A DNA stretch of 64,000 nt from Utricularia gibba (taxonomy: Eukaryota > Plantae > Magnoliophyta). The stretch spans positions 62,001 through 126,000 of the forward strand of contig NEEC01000029.1 in the NCBI GenBank assembly GCA_002189035.1, given 5' to 3'. Of this stretch, positions 55,615-64,000 are shown piece by piece. Under the pieces are notes generated by a model, which did no database searches, was not told the DNA's origin, and saw only the letters and a program-made list of their open reading frames with translations. The first letter of the stretch is position 1. Each line of letters begins with the position of its first letter. A program made the translations under genes and the position numbers.

Positions 55615-58394
55615 TTAGGCCGGTACAATGTCATCATCTGGATCATCTGTTTTTTTCTTTGCCTTCTCCTTCTCTAACAAGTAGAGTCTTTCCGCTTCTG
55701 GCATGGATGTGATGATTGAATGGAGTTGCAGGTTGATTTCATCGATCTTGTCCATTAATCTTCGGTTAGTGAACATCCCCTCGAGCACAAGTTTGATTGT
55801 TGCCCAGCTTTCTATTAGCGGTAAGGCAATGATCACAGCTGAACCAATTGTACCCCAAGCAATGGCTACAACTGCCCACAGTCTGAAGTACCCTTTGCTG
55901 AACTCCCCTGCAAAACCAGAGGAAAAAAGGATGATCACTTCTGAAGCATCATCAATATTTAGTCGTGGATCGAAGCTTGCCTGCAGGGAGTGTGAGAATC
56001 GGCCAGAGGACGACGATGACGAGGGTGAAGCCGATACCCCACTTCACTATCCATCTCTTTGCTCCGATCAGCTTCTCCTCGAACTCGTCGGCTGCCAGGT
56101 GGCTCTTATCGTCCTGCTCAACGAGTTTGATCTTCTTAGTTGTTTCCCAGTCGTAGTTTTGAGGCCACATGAAACTGCAAACTCCATGAACCAACCCGCC
56201 AACAAGTATGGAAACAAGGTTTCCGGCAAGCATCGGCGCGTTTCTCCCGGTTGTGTCGAGGTTCACTCGGCCGTACTCCACTTTTGTGACTGTCAGCCAT
56301 GTTATGATTCCGAGGACACACCCGGAAACTGTACCAAGAATTGCACCATAGCTATTTGCTTTCCTCCACAGCAGCATGAAAGCTATGGGGAGAACAGCTG
56401 AACCGATGAAGACTCCCATTGCCAAGTACATCCAACCCAAAGAAACTCCAGCTTTGTTCAGAATCACTGCCAGGATTCCCATCAAACACCCGAAGATCAG
56501 AATGATAATTCTTGACACTCTGAGAATATCCTTCCCAGTGGCATTCGGGTTGATGTAAGTGCGGTAGATGTCATATGTGCACAGTGAAGAAACAGCAATC
56601 AGCTCAGAGGAGCCAGCAGATGTCACAGCCCTGAATCAGTTTCAGCAAACGTGTGTCATTGATCAAGATCGAAAGGCTAATGTTCTCTGAAATCTACTGA
56701 TTTTTAAACCCCTACATGAAAAGCATTGTGAGCAGAAGAACAGAGCCTCCTTTCCCCATCAAGGCAATGGCGGTGGCCGGAGGCACGAGCCCGTGGCCAG
56801 CTTCACTTGCTGTTAATGGCAGATCCAATGCTAATGCTCCAAGGCCGAGTGATGTTGCTAAAGAAAATGGCACAGCGAACCACACTAAGCCTCCCAATAA
56901 GTAGCCCTTGTGAGTTGAAGATGGCCTTGCAGCAATGGCGCTGATCCAGTATCCCTGCACTTCTTCCTCGTCAGAAGATGAAACCAGATGGATTCGACAC
57001 TGAAGAATGTTAAGATACTCACGTTGTCGACAAAAACCGTTCCGAAATTCCCGACAATGTTGATGATGCCGAACACTAACCCTCCTGTGCTCATCATAGT
57101 GATGTAGGAGCCCCCACGGTTTCCGCTTACAGGCCCACAAGCTTGCCCCAGATTGGAGATGGGGAATTCACAATTCCTCGATCTACTCGAAACCTCGAGC
57201 AAACGCCGGTAAACGATATCCGGGCTGCCAAGTTTACTACTACCCGCGTATACAAGAAACACAAAGACGACCAAGACAACATGAACTGCAATAAAACAGT
57301 TGTTATGGTCCTCCGAGAAAACTGTTAACGCATCTTGTAACTAACCTATAACAGAGTGGATGTAGCTTGCCAAGAAGGTAGCTTTCAGCCCACCGGCAAG
57401 AGTGTAGACAATGACACCAAGAGGGATTAGGAAACTGGCGGCGTAGATATTGACGCCGGTGAGGGCATTTACGACCGCGGATCCGCCGAGAAGAAGCATC
57501 GCAGTGACGATTATGTTTGTCATGAAACAGAATACAAGAAACACCACATGGGCTGACGTCCCCCATCTGAAAGCGCAGGTTTTTGAAATAAATGAAGCAA
57601 GCTGGAGAATGGAATCATTGAACGAAATGGGGCAGAAAATTGAGACCTGGCCTTCACGATTTCGCAAACTGTATGGGCGTTTGGACTTTTCGCTTGATTT
57701 CAATGGCCATCACCCCAAACAAGAGCACCTGTTGGTTGATTTCATTAGTCTGCTACGTCATAGTTGTCCTATTCTTACAACAACAGCGGGGAAATGGGCG
57801 TGCCTGAATCGTAGCGCCGCTTGCATACCAGAAAGGTCCGCTGATTCCATATTCCCAGGCAACGTTCGAACTTTGCAAGATTGTAGCAGCCCATGTCCAC
57901 TGAAACATACAAGTCAACGACTTTCCTTAATTGTAAAAGACTGGAGGAGCAAGAGTGTTCTTCTTCACACTGTTTTTGACTTGTGACTGGGGGAAATGGT
58001 TTGTTGATCACGAATAAATAGTACCTGGGACACGATGACACTCGCAATGAGCCCTGTTTTAACAGTTCTCCCAGCCGTGTTGAACCACTCGGAGTTGTGG
58101 CGAGAACCCACATACTTCTTCTCCAGCCACACCTAGATTCCACTCCCCAAAAGAAATCGATTAGGTCCAAGAATTGAATCCGGGAGAGAGAAAGATTCCG
58201 TCTTGACGAACCAGAAAAGAAGTGAAGACTGCGAAAAATGCACCAAATCCCAGAATCACAGAATACCCAACTCCCTGATTCAGCACAGCCTTCCCCCCGA
58301 AGAAGCTGCTGTCCCTCACGCATCTTCCTCCAACTTGTTGATAATATTTCCCTGCGAAATCCAACGGGGGACAGCTGCCCATCATCCCAGCCAT
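55615..58394 (-). CDS. DUR3: Urea-proton symporter DUR3 (sodium:solute symporter family), multi-exon, one apparent frameshift
   Basis: SCPPLDF...[25 protein letters not shown]|VWLEKKYVG...[19 protein letters not shown]|[32 protein letters not shown]|[14 protein letters not shown] [shift] [13 protein letters not shown]|WGT...[18 protein letters not shown]...[10 protein letters not shown]...[27 protein letters not shown]. Confidence 0.95.
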
Positions 58395-60380
58395 GAAATC
58401 CGCAGATTACTGGAGTGCCAGTTCACTCCCAGATTCAAGAATCATGCCTCTCTTTTAAATAATCCAGAGTCAGAGGTTCGGATTCCGATGACGACCGCGC
58501 TACTCTTGTCCTTAATCGGCGCTTGGCCAATGAGTGAGATTTGACTTTCGGTTTTCGAAATTGCAAACTGGGAGATGACGCCTCCTGCCAAGTCCTGATT
58601 GGCTGCTCACCCCCTCAACATCCCTGAAAATCCTCCAAGAGCCATACGCCGGGAAACGAACGCCAAAAAACGTCATGGCTCTTGAGTTAGTACACAGCTC
58701 ATAACCATTTGAAATCGCAAATATCTCTCTTAACACTCAAGACCCGAACGTGGGGATTTCAACGGTTATTTTTGTCCCTTTGTGTCCTTCCTAGTGACCT
58801 TAGTCTTGGATCATACATCTCATTCCTTTTTTTTTTTACCCAATTACTTTTCATTTCACATAATCATTTTCTAAATTTCAGAAATTTTTAAAAATTAAAA
58901 TTGTATATTTTTTTTGATGAGACATCCAATGTAACTACATCTGCTCAAATTTGCTTATCTTTTAGGGTTGTCAATGCAGGGCAATTCCAAAAGTCAAAGA
59001 AGAATTATTTTAGTGGGCCCTTCGCGTATTTTTTTTATTCAAAATTTCAGAAGATTCAATTCAAGAAATCGGAATCGTATATGAACAAACGAATGACGCT
59101 TGTTGATTCCGTGGCATGAAAGGTGTCCTTCCTCTATTGGTTAGAGCAGGGCCAGGCTAATCACCCCTCCCTCCCCACTTGCCAAATGGGACAAAAAAAG
59201 ATTATGATATAAAGTTTCTATTTCGGGTAATAATTTCAAAATATAGCTCGAATTTAATTTAAAATGTAATTATTGAATAGGGCTGGGAGGCCCATGGATT
59301 GATAATAATACATCATCTTAAAGCTATCGTGTTGGGCCAAAGAGCCCATAGAGCCGTTACGAGTGACAAGAAACTGGGCATATGATAACGAAAACAATTG
59401 GGCCGGAGGTCGAAGAGAATCCAATAAGGAAAATATTGGCCAAAAACACTCTATAAATAATTTTTTATTACATATAAACTATTTTTATTAATATAATTTT
59501 TAAGAAATTGAAGAAATTTACGAACAATAAGCATTTTTTTTTCCAGAGACAGAATTAAATATTTATTTTTACACTCTAAGAAATTTGTTTTTATAATACG
59601 TATTGTCATAGACATTCGTTATCTTAGTAAATAAAACGAAAATTACGACTTTAGAATATTTTAAAATTATGAGAATTGATTTTTGAGATGTGTTATTGTA
59701 ATTTGGATACCATTTTGTTGAAATTTGGACTAGTCAAAAGGCTGGGGGGCATTCAACGGTTAAAATTGATGTAGGGGTCATTAATGAAAATCAGGAATTC
59801 ATTTTCCATAATTTCGTGTGGACTTAACTTTGTGGTCTGTGTACAACTTATGAAGGAAAAGTCAGCTTTGGCCTTCATATGCCCCTGCAAGCAATTTCCT
59901 AGAATTTATGGACTGAAATGGAAAAACATGCTAACTTGGGGGACTTTAAAGCCACTCGTCAAAAATATGTTACGTGAGACTTAAGAGTCAACTCGCCCAT
60001 TAATTTATCTTACATTCAGTTACATTTTTCCAAATAAATATTATAAAATCATTATAATTGAAAATTAACCAAAACATTACTGGTTTCAATTCTTATTAAT
60101 CGAATTTGGTATATTGTGTCTGTGAGGTCTTATTCTAAACAGATATTTTAATTTAAACCTATTTTAGATAAATTTACTATTTATGGAAAACTAAGAGGAT
60201 GAAGTATTTTGTTTTAAATATCTTATATATAGGAGATTTTCTGTAATTTAAAGTTATGTTTAAAATTATAGAAATAGTTTTAATATTGCAAAATTATATT
60301 ATAAAATTTATTAAAATTTAAAGTTTAATATATTAAACTATTATATTACTTAATAGTATGATTAAAGAAAAATTAATCAT

Positions 60381-60626
60381 AATTGACTCCATTTACGGTT
60401 TGTATAGGTGGATGGTTTTGATTGGCGTGTCGGATTCTATGCCACAGCATGCGATTTATTTTAGAAATTATATTAATTTCAATGTCGCATTAATGGGAGT
60501 TGACAATTTATTAAGACTAATTTTGTAATGAATTGACTCCATTTAATTCAGGTATGCGATTGGCTGTAGAAGAGAAGTGAATATAAAATGGAATATTTAA
60601 AAGTAAATATTAGGTAGCACCACGTG
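60381..60626 (+). promoter_or_regulatory. AOX1 upstream region: duplicated W-box 15-mer and a G-box
   Basis: AATTGACTCCATTTA occurs at 60381-60395 and 60531-60545 (contains W-box TTGACT); CACGTG at 60621-60626. Confidence 0.5.
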
Positions 60627-60835
60627 GTAATACTTCCTTAATGGTGAGCCATGGGAATTCTACAATTAAAAACAGGCATATTTGGATTTTAACCGGTCAG
60701 CGTATCTGACGGTCATGATTGGACCATAATGGACGCTCCAGATTCGTCTATTTAAACCCTCGCTGTGCGTTGGTAAGCCCTGTCCAGGAGCTCATTACGA
60801 ATCTTGTTGTCCAGGCTTTCCCGGAGAGGAGAAGA

Positions 60836-62097
60836 ATGGCGACAAAGATGGCAGTAATGGCTCTCGGCCGGCGTTATTTTTCCACCGCCATGGCGACTGG
60901 CGGAGTCGTGAATCATGTGGCGGGGATTCGCTGCGCCAGCGCTCCGTTTTCTGGGAAATTTGGGGAGAGAGTGGCGTTTGCGTGGGCGAGGGCACCGATT
61001 TTGGGGGTGCGTCGCTCGAGTGCGCTGGCGATGGACGAGAAGGAGGCGACGGATGGTGGAGAAAATGAAACGGTTGGAGCTGGGAACAGGAAACTGGAAG
61101 TTACGAGTTATTGGGGAGTTGAGCCTTCGAAGGTTGCCAAAGCCGATGGAACGGAATGGAAGTGGACTTGTTTCAGGGTAAGAACACGATTCCCAGGAGA
61201 ATCTTCTTCATTACACTTTTCAATTCGATTCACTGAACGGATTCTTGTGCGGAAGCGTAGCCATTGGATACCTACAAGGCGAACCTGACGATAGATCTGC
61301 ATAAGCACCACGCGCCGGTCAAGTTCATGGACAAGGTGGCGTATTGGACTGTGAAAACTCTGAGATATCCCACAGACATATTTTTCCAGGTCATCTACAT
61401 GTTTACAAACTGTTTGTTTGATCCTTGGATCTCCCTTTTACTCTCTGTTGTTAAACGGCGCCTCCCTGTACAGAAGCGCTACGGGTGCCGTGCAATGATG
61501 CTGGAGACGGTGGCCGCCGTGCCGGGAATGGTGGCCGGGATGATCCTCCACTGCAAGTCCCTACGGCGGTTCGAACACAGCGGCGGGTGGATCAAGGCCC
61601 TGCTGGAAGAAGCTGAAAACGAAAGAATGCATCTAATGACATTCATGGAAGTATCTCACCCAAGATGGTACGAGCGCGCTCTGGTCTTCACTGTGCAAGG
61701 CGTCTTCTTCAACGCCTACCTGTTGGCATATCTCCTGTCCCCGAAGCTGTCACACAGAATCGTGGGGTATCTGGAGGAAGAAGCAGTTCATTCTTACACC
61801 GAATTTCTCAAGGAACTCGACAAGGGAACCATAGAGAACGTCCCTGCTCCAGCCATCGCCATTGACTACTGGCAATTACCACCTGGTTCGACTCTCAGAG
61901 ACGTGGTTATGGTCGTCCGCGCAGACGAAGCCCACCACCGCGATGTGAACCACTTCGCCTCCGTAAGTGGCGCAGATTTCCGATGAGTTAAGTTTCATGG
62001 GGATCCACCATTCTTACGAAATGTGTGTTTCTCGCAGGATATTCACTGTCTGGGGCGGGAACTCAAGGACATTGCAGCTCCATTAGGGTATCACTGA
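60836..62097 (+). CDS. AOX1: Mitochondrial alternative oxidase, AOX1 type, 4 exons
   Basis: SYWGV...WKWTCFR|PLDTYKANL...YPTDIFFQ|[20 protein letters not shown]...[13 protein letters not shown]...[11 protein letters not shown]...[10 protein letters not shown]...[15 protein letters not shown]|DIH...APLGYH*. Diiron E/H ligands and both regulatory cysteines are present; ENV motif. Confidence 0.97.
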
Positions 62098-64000
62098 ACA
62101 CAGAGACAGCGGGAGGTTCAGGATCCACCGTCCACCGGAGACGCATAGGATACGCCCCAAGAACACGACAGCTCGAGATATGGAAGACTATTTGCCACTG
62201 CCATCGAGCTCTATATCTTTCCTTTTTCTTCAATAATAATATTTTAAATCACATATCTGATTTCATCGAATAATTCAAATTAAAGTTATATTCAAGAATT
62301 TAATCCTAAAATTTTAAAATTTCATCATAATACCTAATAAAAAATTTTGTTTGGTTTGAAATCAAGGTTAGTTCACAATTCAATTTTTAAAAATTTTGAA
62401 AATTGTTTAGGTTTTTATTACATGATTTTGATAGCTTAATGTGTTTTTTTCCGTAATTTTGAAATTTGAAATTTAAACTATTTATACTGATATAGACTTT
62501 AAATATAAAAAAACGAATAATTCAATTATTTCATTACATATACCGTTTTTCGGCGAAACAACTATTGGGCTCCATCGGGCCGGACAGCTCATCGCAGAGG
62601 TCATTTTCTAATAACATTGCACGGAATAAAAAAAAATATTAATTAATAAATAATAGTATCTGAGTGGGATGGATTGATGATAATGAACCAACAATAACAC
62701 GTCACGATTTCTTGGAAACTCCGGTCATGGATCTGATCCACCTCAACAAGCCGGACGTGCGGCGGCGCCGGCGGCCCTCCAGGTGGTGCGCCGGACAATG
62801 GCTCGTCTGGAATCAAACAAGGATGAGCAGCTGTGGCATTCTTACAATTTTGTTAGTATTATAGGATCATCATCATCATCGACGTCAGGTGTTCAATGAA
62901 AGGAAGCTGCCAACAAACCGGGGATTAGGACAAAAGGAACCAACTCCCTCTACGTGTAACCCAGCAATAATTGCAAGTCTGATATAACACCTGGTTCACA
63001 ATCTAGTGTAAATTGGTTTCGATCTTCCAAATATTTTAGGGTCAAAATTGTCGGAACTGGAACGAAAACAAGGTGTGTAGTTTTTCGTCGTCCCCGGTTT
63101 TCTGAAACCTCCGGGAGGTAGCGGTTAGCACACAGCATGGTTTGGGAGTCTGGGTTTTGAATCGGAGCTCGAGGAATTGTGACACGAGTCGGATAGAGGA
63201 GGAGCCTCAGCCACATGAATTAGTAGCAGTAAACTACAGTGGCGATAAGTTCAGATTCTTTTTTTTTAAATTTCGTTAAGGGGGCTAAATGCAAAGCACC
63301 TGCGATAGAGCAGACGTTAAATCATGTCGGCTGCTTGACCCGGAGCCGACGCCATGGACGAGACTAGTGCATCTGCTCCAGTCTCGTTTCCTGTTATAAT
63401 TAAATATGGAGCCAGTGACACGTGTCCTGCTGATGCCTGCACGATACCCCCCAATCCGTGTCCGACATGACCCGCTGAGCTTTTTCACCTTGCAGTAAAG
63501 GAATGTAGGTTTGAGGTAAGTGGGGTGCTGCGTTTTCACAGCGGTGGCTGAGGATTAGGTTTTTGAGCGTTCAACAGTTCAGCCATTGCTGGGTTCATAG
63601 CTTTACGTCCGATCCCGATCAGGAATCTCGGAGAGGGAGACCCCAGTAGGTTAATGCGCGGTAGGATGTGTTGAGAGTGTGACCTCTGGGATCACAGGCC
63701 AGGATATCTTCTTGCTGCGTCCCCAGCAAGTGGCCTGCAAAAGGCCAATTTCCAACTTTTCCTGTTGGAATGGCTCCTGGTTTCCGTCACGTGGTCGTCT
63801 ACTCCAAGTTCCCATTCCCGCCACACCTTCTTTTAATAACTTAACCCAGATACACAGATCTATACATTGACGTACGTGGCGGCTCCGGCGGGCGGCGGTG
63901 TACCAACTTGATTAGTGTGTGTGTTGGTTTTCTTTTCTTGAGATACCAACTTGGTTTATTTTGATCTCGGCTATAATTCTGAAACTTTATTGGAATTGTA

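Noticed and set aside
60803-60815. Mitochondrial dysfunction motif near AOX1 (CTTGTTGTCCAGG)
   Set aside because: It mismatches the CTTGNNNNNCAMG consensus and lies in the presumed 5' UTR.
63660-63730. Minus-strand QQEDILACDPRGH resembling the WRKY GQKDILGAKxPRGY segment
   Set aside because: No WRKYGQK core or zinc-finger residues, and the flanking frames contain stops; the similarity is too weak.

Overview
Gene-dense eudicot nuclear DNA: about 25 protein-coding genes in 64 kb, most introns 60-130 nt, short AT-rich spacers. I found no intact transposon, rRNA, tRNA or CRISPR array. The compactness suggests a very small genome such as a Lentibulariaceae-like lamiid, but the species cannot be determined from the sequence. 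Genes recognised by manual splicing and translation, in order: a 5'-truncated unknown ORF, pantothenate synthetase, COX6B, a conserved MKKLYRK-type unknown protein, an OSCA/CSC1 channel, ALE1/SBT2.4-like subtilase, BRX-like, PFA-DSP phosphatase, glycine decarboxylase T protein, S40/DUF584, an AT-hook (MNM1-like) protein, MAPDA/ADAL deaminase, an intronless SmE, a C2H2 zinc-finger protein, DYT1-like bHLH, FQR1, DNA primase small subunit, UDP-glucose 4-epimerase, a divergent CBL, a DYW-class PPR, pinoresinol-lariciresinol reductase-like, MOB1, a second BRX-family gene, DUR3 and AOX1. The most striking window-wide pattern is nine inferred one-base deficits in seven otherwise intact genes, all in the same direction and mostly in G/C runs. 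A long-read consensus artefact is the most likely cause; a real slippage or insertion mechanism cannot be excluded without reads and cDNA. Other points of interest are the intronless SmE, a PPR with HSQ in place of HSE and no terminal DYW, a divergent CBL, two GC-AG introns, an orphan site II/telo-box promoter, and several unexplained exon-like segments. I found no well-supported novel biological system.
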